A DNA stretch of 62,514 nucleotides from Macrostomum lignano. Taxonomy: Eukaryota. The notes beneath the pieces are model-generated. The model saw only the letters and a list, made by a program, of their open reading frames with translations, ran no database searches and was not told the DNA's origin. Numbering within the stretch: position 1 is the stretch's first letter; every line of letters begins with the position of its first letter. The stretch spans positions 104,197-166,710 of the forward strand of contig NIVC01001159.1 of the NCBI GenBank assembly GCA_002269645.1, given 5' to 3'. Below, in pieces: positions 10,001 through 22,528 of the stretch. A program made the position numbers and the translations under genes.

Positions 10001-11971
10001 ACCTGGGTTTGGAGTGCGGGTGGAGGACAGTGAGTTGATTAGGGGGTGACTTTAGGGTTGATTAGGGGTGACTTTAGGGTTGATTAGGGGTGACTTTAGG
10101 GTTGATTAGGGGGTGACTTTAGAGTTGATTAGGGGGTGACTTTAGGGTTGATTAGGGGGTGACTTTAGGGTTGATTAGGGGGTGACTTTAGGGTTGATTA
10201 GGGGGTGACTTTAGGGTTGATTAGGGGGTGACTTTAGAGTTGATTAGGGGGTGACTTTAGGGTTGATTAAGGGGTGACTTTAGGGTTGATTAGGGGGTGA
10301 CTTTAGAGTTGATTAGGGGGTGACTTTAGGGTTGATTAGGGGGTGACTTTAGGGTTGATTAGGGGGTGACTTTAGGGTTGATTAGGGGGTGACTTTAGAG
10401 TTGATTAGGGGGTGACTTTAGGGTTGATTAAGGGGTGACTTTAGGGTTGATTAGGGGGTGACTTTAGAGTTGATTAGGGGGTGACTTTAGGGTTGATTAG
10501 GGGGTGACTTTAGGGTTGATTAGGGGGTGACTTTAGGGTTGATTAGGGGGTGACTTTAGAGTTGATTAGGGGGTGACTTTAGGGTTGATTAGGGGGTGAC
10601 TTTAGGGTTGATTAGGGGGTGACTTTAGGGTTGATTAGGGGGTGACTTTAGAGTTGATTAGGGGGTGACTTTAGGGTTGATTAAGGGGTGACTTTAGGGT
10701 TGATTAGGGGGTGACTTTAGAGTTGATTAGGGGGTGACTTTAGGGTTGATTAGGGGGTGACTTTAGGGTTGATTAGGGGGTGACTTTAGGGTTGATTAGG
10801 GGGTGACTTTAGAGTTGATTAGGGGGTGACTTTAGGGTTGATTAGGGGGTGACTTTAGGGTTGATTAGGGGGTGACTTTAGGGTTGATTAGGGGGTGACT
10901 TTAGAGTTGATTAGGGGGTGACTTTAGGGTTGATTAGGGGGTGACTTTAGAGTTGATTAGGGGGTGACTTTAGGGTTGATTAAGGGGTGACTTTAGGGTT
11001 GATTAGGGGGTGACTTTAGAGTTGATTAGGGGGTGACTTTAGGGTTGATTAGGGGGTGACTTTAGGGTTGATTAGGGGGTGACTTTAGAGTTGATTAGGG
11101 GGTGACTTTAGAGTTGATTATGGGGTGACTTTAGGGTTGATTAGGGGGTGACTTTAGGGTTGATTAGGGGGTGACTTTAGAGTTGATTAGGGGGTGACTT
11201 TAGGGTTGATTAGGGGGTGACTTTAGGGTTGATTAGGGGGTGACTTTAGGGTTGATTAGGGGGTGACTTTAGGGTTGATTAGGGGGTGACTTTAGGGTTG
11301 ATTATGGGGTGACTTTAGGGTTGATTAGGGGGTGACTTTAGGGTGGATTAGGGGGTGACTTAAGGTGGATTAAGGGGTGACTTCAGGGTGGATTAGGGGG
11401 TGACTTCTGGGTGGATTAAGGGGTGACTTTGGGGTGGATTAGGGGGTGACTTTGGGGTGAATTAGGGGGTGACTTTGGGGTGGATTAGGGGGTGACTTTG
11501 GGTGGATTAGTGGGTGACTTAGTGGATTAGGGTGTGACTAAAGGGTGGATTAAGGGGTGACTTCAGGGTGGATTAGGGGGTGACTTCTGGGTGGATTAGG
11601 GGTAGCCTTCCCCAAGGCTACAAGCCTTCAGGGTGATTAGGGGGTGACTTCTGAGTAAACTAGTATGTGACTTTAGGGTGGATTAAGGGGGGCTTACTTA
11701 AACGTGGATTAGGTGACTCAAGGGCGGATTAGGATCGCGTTATCAAGATTCACATTCCTAGAAATCAGGGAAATACTGATGCGCCAACCTCGTGCTGAGC
11801 ATAGGCCTGATAATCCCGCAGTCGCTTCTCCCTTTTTTGCAGCCGGTATTCGAACCCGCGCCGCTTTCGCAGCAGCTGAGCAGCTTCATCTGGGTTCAGC
11901 AGGCCGGATATGGTCAGCTGCTGCAGTTCCGGCAGCTGCTGTTCGAGCTGCTCTTCAGCATACTCAGCCAT
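7030..11971 (-). CDS. UTP6: U3 snoRNA-associated protein 6 (HAT-repeat SSU processome component), 4 exons, ~465 aa
   Basis: Exons 11971-11789, 10002-9604, 8384-7855 and 7312-7030 have consistent phases. The N-terminus MAEYAEEQLEQQLPELQQL..FEYRLQKR..DYQAYAQHE and the segments EASIVQRLHRL..LWLAAADW, ARAFLLRGLRVH and FWAAYLEFE..GELDWRARKFL match the UTP6 family pattern as I recall it. Confidence 0.9.
7340..7730. repeat. 59 bp minisatellite, ~6 copies, UTP6 intron 3
   Basis: gccgatatgtatcgaaaaccgc.. recurs with period 59 (e.g. 7635 and 7694). Confidence 0.9.
8520..9575. repeat. 22 bp minisatellite (ccggtgaaacctacaatcctaa)n, ~48 copies, UTP6 intron 2
   Basis: Visible tandem units containing CCTAA. 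Confidence 0.95.
10034..11700. repeat. 23 bp telomere-like minisatellite (gttgattagggggtgactttagg)n, ~70 copies, UTP6 intron 1
   Basis: Each unit contains TTAGGG twice. The array is homogeneous to ~11340 and degenerate beyond. Confidence 0.95.
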
Positions 11972-13352
11972 TAGCCAGCGGTTTCCAGTTGGTCTGCAAT
12001 GGGTATTGATTGATGGCAGCACTTGAGTAAAATTTGCTAAAAAACACTAAACAAAAGCTTTGCTAAATAAACCAGTGTTTCAATGATCTAGCATAAACTA
12101 GCTTTAATATATTCTGCTATAGTTCATTATTTAACATTAGCAACAGCTTATTAAGATTTTGACAAGGCTACAAGTGAACAGTTTCATAGGCTAGAGCAAA
12201 CTTTGAATGAAAAATTAAAATTAAAAAAATTAAAAAAATACTTTCTAAATCAGTTTTATTGTTAATGACTAAAGTGAATGGTTGAAACTTGGTTAACTTA
12301 ACTAATATTTTTATCAATGTCAATTATGCAACAAAACAAATGTTATTAGCAATCTGGCTTATTTAAAGTTGTCTCTTCTTTGCTTAAATTATCTCTCATT
12401 TGTACAAATTGTCATTTTTACCTTTTATCTTGCTAGTCTCAACTCTGTTTTTCTTTCTTCTCATTTTTTATTCCTTTCTTTCCTACTTATTGCACTACTT
12501 TCTATAGTGTGCTAATGCAAATTTGTTAAATTGAAACACTACTATTTATGGCATATGCATTATTTAAAATTAAATATTTTTAACAATATGGCTATATTCA
12601 TTTCTGTTTGCACTTGCCTATGGTAGCTAGCTGCTCTTATAGCTACACCTACAGAAATATGGTAGTTGCTGTCACATTCCATAGATCCCTAAATTCCCAT
12701 AGCCATAGTTATTAATTTTTTTAAAAATGAAAAATTATTATAAACAAGTAGAGTTTAGTAAGAAACAAGTACAGTTTACAAAGACACTTTAGTAAACTGT
12801 ACTACCAACTTAGAAACTCATAGAATATACCTAATAAAGTACAATAAAACACTAGCAAACTCTAATTTTTATTAATGTGAAAAGTACAACATTAGTACTT
12901 TTAGTAGCAATTAAGTATTGTTGCTTTGTAAAAAGACAAAATATAATCTTACAAAGGCAATCAAGTGTTTCTTTTATTTTCTAACTTAATTTGCAGTTGT
13001 TTAAGCACTAGGTTATCTTCTTGATTCAAATATTTTGTTTTCTAGACATTTTGTTAAAACTATAGCTATGGCTATAGGAATTATAGGAATATGGTAATAT
13101 TGGGATCTCTATGGCTACAGCTACAGTACATGGACTCCCCTTACAGCAGAACACTAGATTATAGTGACAATTCAATCTTTTCTTATATCAACTTTAAAGT
13201 CTTAAAAATAGACAATTCAAACAAAATTATGAACAAAAATGTAAAAACTCAAGGATATGACTTATATAGCAATTCTAGGACTATAGTACAAGCTAGGCTA
13301 GGCCTAGCAAAATTTTGAAGTGGTAGCTAAGAAATAGGTTATTAGTTCTTAT

Positions 13353-14429
13353 TGTGGTAGTTGGGTACCACCGATTGATTATTGGCTCATATGGTTTCTT
13401 AATAACATTACAGTTTCTGGACAATAAAATTATGTGTACCCTATTCTGGTCCCCGTTAGTCCACTCCCTGGCGCAAGTCATGACGTATTTCTGCCCTCTT
13501 TCTGTTCCCCTTGCCCCATTTTCTGGCTCTATATGACCAAATTGTGTTTTCCTTTTGTTTTACTATGTATTTCTGCGGTAATTTTGTTGAATCCCCTTTT
13601 TGGCCTTTTGAGTTTCGCCCTTCCCAGTTTCTGGGCCTTGCAAGCCTTTTTGTGACCTGTTTCCTGGGTATTTATTCCCGCCCCTTGTGCCTGTCCTCCC
13701 CTCAATCTCCTTTCTCCCTCTCTCTTGCTTTTTTCCCCTTTCTTCTACTCTTTCCGACACGCCCCTTAACTTAATAATGTTTAGTTAACGTAGTCTATTA
13801 CTTGAAGGAAAGAAAACCTAACTTAGTTTTATTTAAGTAAGCCTGCACCGCGGCACCCCTGATTCATCTGTCGTCGGTGGTCTCTTATTTTACACGCGTG
13901 AGGCCTAGTTTAATATTTTCAGTTTTTTTATACTAACTCGATAAGCAATAAACTCGCATTAATTTGCTGCAAACCATTTTCGATAAAAGCCATAGCTTAA
14001 CTTAAGTCATTTGCCCATGGGGCGTAAAATAACCCAGTCTCACCTCAAAGCAAGCTCTGAGACTTTTTCAACATTCCGTAATACGCAAATTACGGTGGTG
14101 GCAGCGCTACTCTACTGTTAGTAACACAACAAGAATACGAGACTCATTCAATCTACGGTGTCTGAGGACCCGCCATCTGAACGCTCGCGCCAAATGAAGG
14201 CCGCTCGCCTACGACCAAAACTACCCTCCCCCCGGGATTGAGGACCCCGGCAGACGGAGTATCTACGAGTTGTTTTCATTGGGATCCATTCACGCAAACT
14301 TTCCGGGTTTAATTCGTGCGAAATAACGACGGCGCCCAATCGAAGGCCCGAGCCGCTCAAGTTCGACATTAGATCAAGTGAACACCGGACAATCCCGACC
14401 ACCCCCAAGTCTAAATCGCCCCCACCTCA
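13353..14429 (+). repeat. 5' LTR
   Basis: Starts tgtggtag and ends cctca; about 98% identical to 22577-23653 by manual comparison. Confidence 0.97.
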
Positions 14430-14430
14430 T

Positions 14431-14450
14431 TGGTGTCAGCTAAGTGGGAT
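14431..14450 (+). promoter_or_regulatory. Primer-binding site, tRNA-Leu-like (TGGTGTCAGctAAGTGGGAT)
   Basis: Begins 1 nt after the 5' LTR. It is complementary to a tRNA-Leu 3' end (ATCCCACTTCTGACACCA) except for a 2-nt insertion. Confidence 0.7.
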
Positions 14451-14496
14451 ATCGAAATGCCACAATCCATTCGACGAGTCATTCAGAAACTACGCT

Positions 14497-15903
14497 ATGG
14501 CTTCAACTACTACTAATTCAACGGCTGCGGACGCGACAGCCGACGCCGCAGGCCCTGACAATTCAGCAATGAGACCGACCTACGACGAGATGATTCAGGC
14601 GGTGACTGACGAGGTGCGACGGCGCTTGGAGCAGACCAGCCTGGGCCAGCCGCAGCACCACCACCACGTGTATCAGCAGCCCCAGCAGCAGGATCGAGCT
14701 CCAGCGCCAAAACCAGTTAAGATTCAGCAGTATACTCAAAACCAGGAATTCGACGTCTGGATCCAGGCTCTCGAGGAGCGTTGTGAGCTCAACGGGATCA
14801 CAGACGATAGACGAAAGAAGGCAGAGGTCCTTGTGAATTTGGACATCGCCACAACCTATCCCGCAGTTGTCAGGATGGAGTTGCCAGACAACCTAACGTT
14901 TGGCGAGTTTAAACAGCGCTTGTCCAAACGTTTTACGCATGTGGCTGACACGCTGGAGTACCGGGAGCAATTCCGATGCTGCTAGCAAGGCAAGACTGAG
15001 AGCGTAGATGACTACGGCGATCGATTAATTGCTCTGGCCAACAAAGCGTTCCTGCACTTTACTCCGGTGCAAAAGCAAGCTGAGCTGGTGGACCAGTTCA
15101 CGGTTGGAGTGCGAATCGCCCAGTCGGCCTGAGAACAGTTAATCCTGGTGAGACCGCAGAATCTGACTGCTGCGAGAAGGGCCGTGCTACGCCTGGAGAC
15201 AGCGGCTAGCCTGGCTCAGCGAGTAGCACCGCCGCCAGCAGCGAGACATGTACGGGTTCTTGAGGATGACGACAGTCAGACGCCCACTGCAGTGCAACAC
15301 GACGCCAAGTCATCTCGGCCCAAGGAGAACTGGTTGCGGGAAGTGATGGAACAACAAACGGAAACTCTGCAAGAGCAGCGACAAATTCTGGAAACATTAA
15401 GCAACGAAATGCGAGAGTTCTACTCGCGGGGATCGCGCGACAACGACACCCCGGAGCCATGGGAACCAGCTTGCCATTAGCCGCGGGACTCGTGGGGCCA
15501 ACGCTCCAGATGTTTGGTACCTCCGACTCCTCGCCGCAGCGCCGACGGAAGCGCCCAATTTACGACACCCGGCACACGCCATGTGTAGCATCAACTGTTC
15601 CATCGACTTCAGCAACCACGAGACGGCAGCAACCCGCCACCAAGGACACCACCAGCAGGAGGTCAACGTCAACAACATCAGCAGCCACAGCAGTCGCAGC
15701 AGCAGACAAGTTCGCGCCTGCCGCCCTATCAGCTGCGGCGGCAGAGCGCCATGTGCTACAGGTGCAATTGTGAGCATCGCGGCGAAGAGTGCCCGCATCG
15801 ATGGTCGGCCAGCACCGTGCCCCAGCGAAACGGCAGCTCGGGAAACGGGACGGCTGGACGTGCCATCGGGGGCAGCGCCATCCAGCAGCCGAGCCAGCAC
15901 TAA
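14497..15903 (+). pseudogene. gag: gag, single frame with in-frame stops
   Basis: One frame from ATG 14497 to TAA 15903, interrupted by stops at 14983, 15130, 15478 and 15586. Retrotransposon gag-like segment (FDVWIQALEERC, ESVDDYGDRL) and a zinc knuckle CYRCNCEHRGEEC near 15754. Confidence 0.8.
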
Positions 15904-18900
15904 AGTCCCCGCCGAGGACTTTAGTCGCTCAGCAGGCCACTGCTGAGACCGCCTCTACACCTGTACAGAACTCTGCACCCAAGCGACCTTGAAGGGATCC
16001 ATATCTGACTGGTAAGATTCAGGGCCGCTATTTTGCTTTTCTACTTGACACCGGCTCAAAGTGCGAAGTCTTAGGATTCAGCACCTGGCACCGTCTATGT
16101 ACTGATGACCCAACCCTGCCAAATCGAGCCCTGCCAACAACGCATCGTGACCTACAATGGCGAACCAATCCAGATGGCAGGCCAACTAACTATGAAAGTT
16201 AAAATCGGAAGTTTTGAGCCGACAGTTAAGTTTCTGCTAGCAAAGGGATCACACGACAACATCCTAGGCTTCGAGTTTCTAGAGAAGTACAGCACCTCAC
16301 TAGATCTCGCTGCCGGGATGCTGTTCTTCAAGGACGGCACTGCCGCACCGCTTTGCTACACGCGAACTGAAGCTACCCCATGCAGAATTTATACAGCCGA
16401 GAGCACTACTGTGCCACCATTATCTTCAGCCCGAATCAAAATCAAATTAGCAAAAGGACGCGAAGAAAACCAAGGGACACCAGCTATGATCGAGCCGCTG
16501 AAACTGGCTCGGCGCAAAGACGATGTGCAGCATCTGGACGCCGCACCTGCCCTGATATCAATGGCGAATGGAGAAGGCGCAATTGAGATGATCAATCAAG
16601 GCACTACGGCCATCAAAGTGCGAGCGAACGCCCTAGTCGGGATTGCGAGACCAATCAGACTGCCCGAGTTTCATTTCTTTCCACTGCCGAAGCCAGAAGA
16701 CTCTGTAAACCAAATCCAAGATGAAGATCCTGATGCTTGGATCAAGGAGATCGACATCGGCAAGGATTTGACCAGTGACCAGCGCGCTCAAGTCATTGAG
16801 CTGCTAATGAAGTACAAGAACATCTTTTCCCAGGGGCCACACAATCTCGGCCGAACTCACCTGGTCACCCATAACATCGTACTAAAGGACAAGGATCCGG
16901 TACACCTGCCGACGCAAAGGATTCCGCCACATCTGTTACTGAAGGTGGATCAGCTGCTAGACGATCTTCTTGCCAAAGGTGTGATCAGACCAAGCTTTTC
17001 CAGCTACAACACCCCGCTGGTGATCATCCCGAAGAAGGACGGCAGCCTGAGGATTGTACAAGACTTTCGGAGTTTGAATCAGAAATGTGAGTACTTTCTA
17101 TACCCGATTCCTAATATTCAAGAAGCATTTGCCAGCCTTGAAGGAAGCCAGCTGTTTAGTACATTCGATTTAAATAGCGGCTACTATCAGATTCCTCTGC
17201 GTCCAGAAGATCAAGATCTGACTGCATTCGCTACGCTGCACCGCGGACAATTCGCCTATAATGTTATTCCTATGGGACTCAGCTCAGCTCCAGCCAGCTT
17301 CATGAGACTTATGAATGCTGTGCTCAACGGGATAGCCTACAAAAGTGCAATTGCCTATTTAGATGATGTCATTGTCTACTCCAAGAAGTTCAACGACTCT
17401 TCAACATATGGAAGAAGTTTTCAAACGAGTGCAAGACGCCAACTTAAAGTTCAAAGGCAAGAAGTGCCATTTATTTTGGGAAAGTCTAAATTATTTGGGA
17501 CACCTAGTAACTAAGGACGGCATCAAGACCGATCCGGCGAAAATTGAAGCAATCCAAACCTGGCCAAGACCAAGAACAGCCCGGCAACTTAAAAGCTTTG
17601 TCTGCACGTGCGCTTATTATGCTAAATTTGTACCCGGCTACGCAGAACTTGCAGCTCCGCTCCATGATTTGATCAAAGAAAAGAAAATTCGGAATTTCAA
17701 TTGTCTATGGGGAAAAGCCCAGCAAGACGCGTTCAACCAGCTCAAGGCAGCTATGACTTCGACATCAGTGCTCGCGTATCCGCAGTTCAGCGAGGATTCT
17801 GAAGTAATGTTTATCTTGAACACGGATGCTTCTGCGACCAGGATCGGAGCCTGCCTGAGCCAACGCCAAGCTGATGGAATCGAGCGCCCAATTTCTCCCG
17901 GCGACTCAAGCCAGCCAAAGCCCACTATCCGATTACGAAGCAGGAACTATTGGCAGTCGTAGACGGAATGCGACACTTCCGCTTCTACCTGCTAGCCAAA
18001 AAGTTCATCTGCGGAACCGACCATGCCGCACTAACCTGGATCCTGAGACAAACTCAACAGGTTGGAATTTTTGGAAGATGGCTACAACACCTAAGCGAAT
18101 TCGAGTTCGAGATCCAGCACCAAAAGTCGAGTCAGCATCAGAATGCCGATGGCCTCTCGAGACGGCCTGAGGACGACGCTGAATGCATGGAGGAGGCTCA
18201 GCCCGAGGCAGCTGCAGTCGAGGACCAAAGTAAGCAGCCAGCCGCGATAACTGGCGCAGCGGCGCCAAAGGTCCACGACAGCAGCCACCCTAGTCCTCCA
18301 CCGAGCAAGAAGCGACCGACCCGCCGTCACCGACGAAAGCCGCCGACGAAATCAACTGAGTCCAACGGCGAGACTACGCCGCCCGCAACACCGACAGCTG
18401 AAAGCAAGCCGCTGACAGAGCTGCATCCGCCGGCGACGAAGTCGAGGCCATCTGCCAGTCGTTACCGGGACTCACAGAGGTCGCCCACCAGCTTTAGCAG
18501 TTTGACATGTTGCCCCATTAGGAGCCACCGACTACTAGCTGAAGGTGACGAGGACAGCGACCACAGTGCAGCCAGAGATGACCACTGCCAACCCGCTCGC
18601 TGCCCTAAGTTCAAGAAGGTAAGATTCAGCAGCAACGCCGACAGCTCCGCTGACTCATCATTATCTGCTGACGATTCAAATTCCAACGACAGTGACGCCG
18701 AAGCCACCGACACGGATCGGCCTTTAAAGACAGCAATGGCCCGGTCACCGGTCCAAGTAGCGACCATGCGTAGGGAGCTCCTGACCCCGAACCATGCCGC
18801 CACAGCCGATGCCGCGCCAGCAAATCCTACAGACAGACGCCGTACTCTGAATCTAACAGATCACATCCCGAGGCCAGTCACTCGCGAGGAGCTCCAGACC

Positions 18901-20412
18901 CATCAGCGTGCTGACTCCGCCATTGCCATGGTGATCAATCTATTGGAAACCCGACAACCAAAACCGCCGATGAACCAATGTCTGAACATGACGAGAAATG
19001 AACGGAACCTGTTAGCATTTTACGAACAATTAGAAGTCCAAGACGATGGACTATTAGTTATACATCTCGACGATGTCGGAGAAGAGGACGAAGCGCGAAT
19101 CATCCTGCCGAAGAGTCTTGATGCCACCGTGTTCGCTGACCTGCATGGTTCGCCCTACTGCGGACACATGGGCCGAGACCTTACCATCGCTAAGGTGCGC
19201 GAGCGTTTCTGGCGACCTGCCCTGGCCAAGGCAGTGTCCGACTATGTCGCTTCCTGCCAGACCTGCACTTTAAGCAAAGGACGGCGGAGAATTCCGGCGC
19301 ATGTACAGTCATTCCCGGTCTGCAAAATCTATAGGTGATGCGCTATTGACATCTTGGGCCCCACTGGAGATCCGACAGATCGAGGCAATAAGTACATCCT
19401 CACCTACGTCGACACGACGTCGAAGTACCCATTCGCTTTCGCCATGAAGAACCAGCGCGCTAAGACAATAATCACGCTCCTGCAAGAGCAAGTCTTTCCA
19501 ATCACCGGAATTCCCGCTTGGATTCACTCGGATCAAGGCAAGCAATTTACAGGGCATGAGTTCCGACACTTCTGCGAAGTCTACGGTATCAGGCAGACAA
19601 CGACGCCACCATACTGGCCCTGGGCAAACGGACAAGCCGAATTGTGCAATAAGAATATTAAGAAAGTGCTCACCTGTCTCCTTGAAGACCACCAACAGTG
19701 GGACAAAATGTTGCCAGCTGCTTTGACTGCACTAAGATCCGCCGTCAATCGTACCACCGGGTTCTTGCTGCACTATGTAGTCTACGGAGTGCCTTATCGA
19801 TACCCTATCGACAACACCCTAGACCGCCTAGACGTATCAGCTGACCTCCCAGAGTACATCGCTAAACATCAGCACAGACTGGCCGAGACTGAGCGCATTG
19901 TTCGCCAGCGACTGAGAGCAGAGATCCAACGCCAAGAAGAGTTGTACTATGAAAACCGGCCGAAGCCAGTAGAACTGCAGCCCGGAGATTTGGTCTGCCT
20001 GGCCAACCCGAAGCTCGAGTTGGGAGAGCTGCCAAAATTCCACTGGCCGTATAAGATCGTTAAGAAAGTCGGCAAAGTCGCTTATTGGATTAAACCTGCC
20101 ACAGCACGATGAGGACGCCCAGCCGAAGTACTTGTACACTGGAACAATATTATCAAAGTGCCGCAATCAATGGCTGAACGACCACAGGAGCCGCCGCAAC
20201 CAACTGAGCGGCCGATGTTGCCCTGCAAGTCGAGCGAGAAAAGCGAAACGGATTCAATTAATCAGTCCGCACTAGAGCCGCAGGCCGCAGCTCAGCCTGA
20301 TCTTCAAGGCAGCCAATTATTCGAACCTAGCCTGCGCCATCCTGAAGTGCTAGAAGAAGACGACCCGGACCTGCCAGACATTGGAATGGAGGTTGAAATT
20401 CAAGGTAATTAA
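15840..20412 (+). pseudogene. pol: pol (protease, RT, RNase H, integrase) with frameshifts and stops
   Basis: Protease LLDTGS (~16045); RT DLNSGYYQ, PMGL and YLDD; RH TDAS, TDH and NADGLSR; integrase zinc finger H..GH..CQTC and core IDILGP/SDQG/NGQAE. Frameshifts near 16110, 17390 and 17900; stops at 15990, 19336 and 20110. Confidence 0.92.
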
Positions 20413-20554
20413 CTGCGAAATTTATATATGTGCGCTTTCTGCGAATTTTACTTGCGCACTACTGCCAGTAGCCACGTTTGCGAATTTGTTTATTTCCCTG
20501 CCACTGTAAAACCTTCTCTGCACCCGCTAATGTGCTGAAGGTTAGTGTTTTTCT

Positions 20555-20790
20555 AATTTGACCTTATGCCTGAGGGATAAAGGCAGCTTTTCTTTGTAAT
20601 TTTACCTTATGCCTGAGGGATAAAGGCAGCTTTTCTCTGTAATTTTACCTTATGCCTGAGGGATAAAGGCAGCTTTTCTCTGTAATTTTACCTTATGCCT
20701 GAGGGATAAAGGCAGTTTCTCTGTAATTTTACCTTATGCCTGAAGGATAAAGGCAGTTTATCTAATTTGTCCTTAAGCTTTCCGGTTAAA
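20555..20790. repeat. 43 bp tandem array (~5 copies) in the retrotransposon 3' non-coding region
   Basis: taattttaccttatgcctgagggataaaggcagcttttctctg repeated. Confidence 0.9.
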
Positions 20791-21847
20791 AGCAGCATCT
20801 ATCTATTTCTACGTGCTCATGCTTATGCGATGCGTTACAATAAGCTGCACCCTCGCGTTTCCTATTTAGCCTTAGGCTTTCTGGTAAAAGCCTGCACAAG
20901 TGCGTTATTTATCCCCATGCGATACAATATTTCGGCGTGAATTTTCCCGTTTGATCTGCGAAATTTTGCTGTAATTTTCTGTTCATGCCCAAAGTGCTGA
21001 AAGTGGTATGAGCATGCTCATTTCTGTAATATATATTCGCATGCTAAATTTTCATTATTTTGTAAACCTTCTCAGCTCCTTGATTAAAGCTGAAGGTAAT
21101 TTTGTTCAACCCGCCATTTTGACTGCCCTGCCGCACCCGGGTCAGGCCAACTTGTTTGAGGCTCTGTTCCTAGTGGGGGCATCTAAGGTGACTCGAGGCT
21201 CCAGATCTCTGTTCAGATCGAGCCGAGCTTGGGAAAATTCTCCCAGTGTCTTTTTCCTTTTGTTTGTATAGCTTCTCATGGAGATCTACCTACTATTTTG
21301 GTTAAACTATTATTCAGCTACTTTCCTATTATTAAAGCTAGTTAGGAACCTCAGTTTGTTACTAATGGTCAGTCAGTTGTCTAAATTTCTAACTTGTATT
21401 TGCAAACTCTGATGCGCCGCCCCTGTGCTACCCCCCCCATTCGTGTGAGCCCATTTGGGGCCTTCTCATTTTCAATTCCTCTGGCATCCAGCCTAAACCC
21501 TAAACAGGCGGCACCGCAACCCCTCTCTAGAAGTTTATCATTTTATTGCCCCTTAATTTCTCTCCCCCCCCCAATCTCCAAGCCACTTGGCAATGCGCGG
21601 TGGAAGGTGTGTGTGTATTTTTTCATTGACCGTTTTCTGGCCACCTTTGTTCATTATCTGGCCTAACCATAGAAGTATATAAGCAATAAAATTATCTCTG
21701 CGCTAAATTTCTCCGAATTGGACTTGACTAGCAAATCATCAGGCCATTGGTCTCCTATTAAGAAAATTTATCGCCAGCTCAAGTCGCCACTTTAATTGAC
21801 TACGGACTAATCACCTAGAGCAACTGCCAACAACAAGTCAAGCCGAG

Positions 21848-22528
21848 ATGTTTAATGAGCACCAGCCACCAGCAGTGAATAACGGCTCCGCCCAAGTCAA
21901 CCTCGAGGCTCTGGCAGCTCCGACCGCCGCCTATTGGCTCCGCCCCGGCGAGGCCGAGACGCTCCGGGCCTACGTGGCCACTGCCACTGGGACCGCCCCG
22001 GCGAGGACCCGGCTCAAAGACGAGCTTGAGAATGAATTACATCAGGTGGCCCGGCGGGGGAGACTAAGAATTGACCGGCCCTGGCGCCTGTTATGCCGAA
22101 TGATGGAGCTGGAGAACGTCCGAGACATTCTGGAGAAGATTCTCCGGAAGGCTGAAGACTGTCTACAATAGCGACGAGGCCACCCCCGCCCGGCGATGGC
22201 TCTTTTTGTTGCCATCGCCTTCTGGGAGGCTGGCCTCCTGAGTGGCGGGTGGACACCTCGGCTCCGCGCCTTCTGGGACGCAGCAGTCGAGAAGCGTCCC
22301 GAGAGACTACACTACTAGGACGGCCGGATCTATGTCATCAATCAGGACTACGACAACAGTGAGAGCGGGGACAGCAGCGAAGAACAGCCGAACGTGGCCA
22401 GCGGCCATGGGGACTTGTCTGGCGCCAGACGCAGCGCCACCCACGGCGCGGCCCGCGGCGTAGCCCGCAGTACTCGCCAAGCCAACCAAGGCGGCCGGGC
22501 CACCACCAACCGCAGCCGACACCCGTAG
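21848..22528 (+). pseudogene. Additional ORF (ORF3) of unknown function inside the LTR element, two in-frame TAG stops
   Basis: GC-rich island. MFNEHQPP..KAEDCLQ* continues in frame as RRGHPRPAMALFVAIAFWEAG..RLHY*DGRIYVINQDY..RSRHP*, about 225 codons. Confidence 0.5.

Noticed and set aside
10034-11700. True telomere or chromosome fusion point
   Set aside because: The unit is a 23-mer rather than pure TTAGGG and lies inside an intact gene's intron
21848-22528. env gene
   Set aside because: No signal peptide, furin site, Cys pattern or C-terminal TM anchor; kept as an unknown ORF instead
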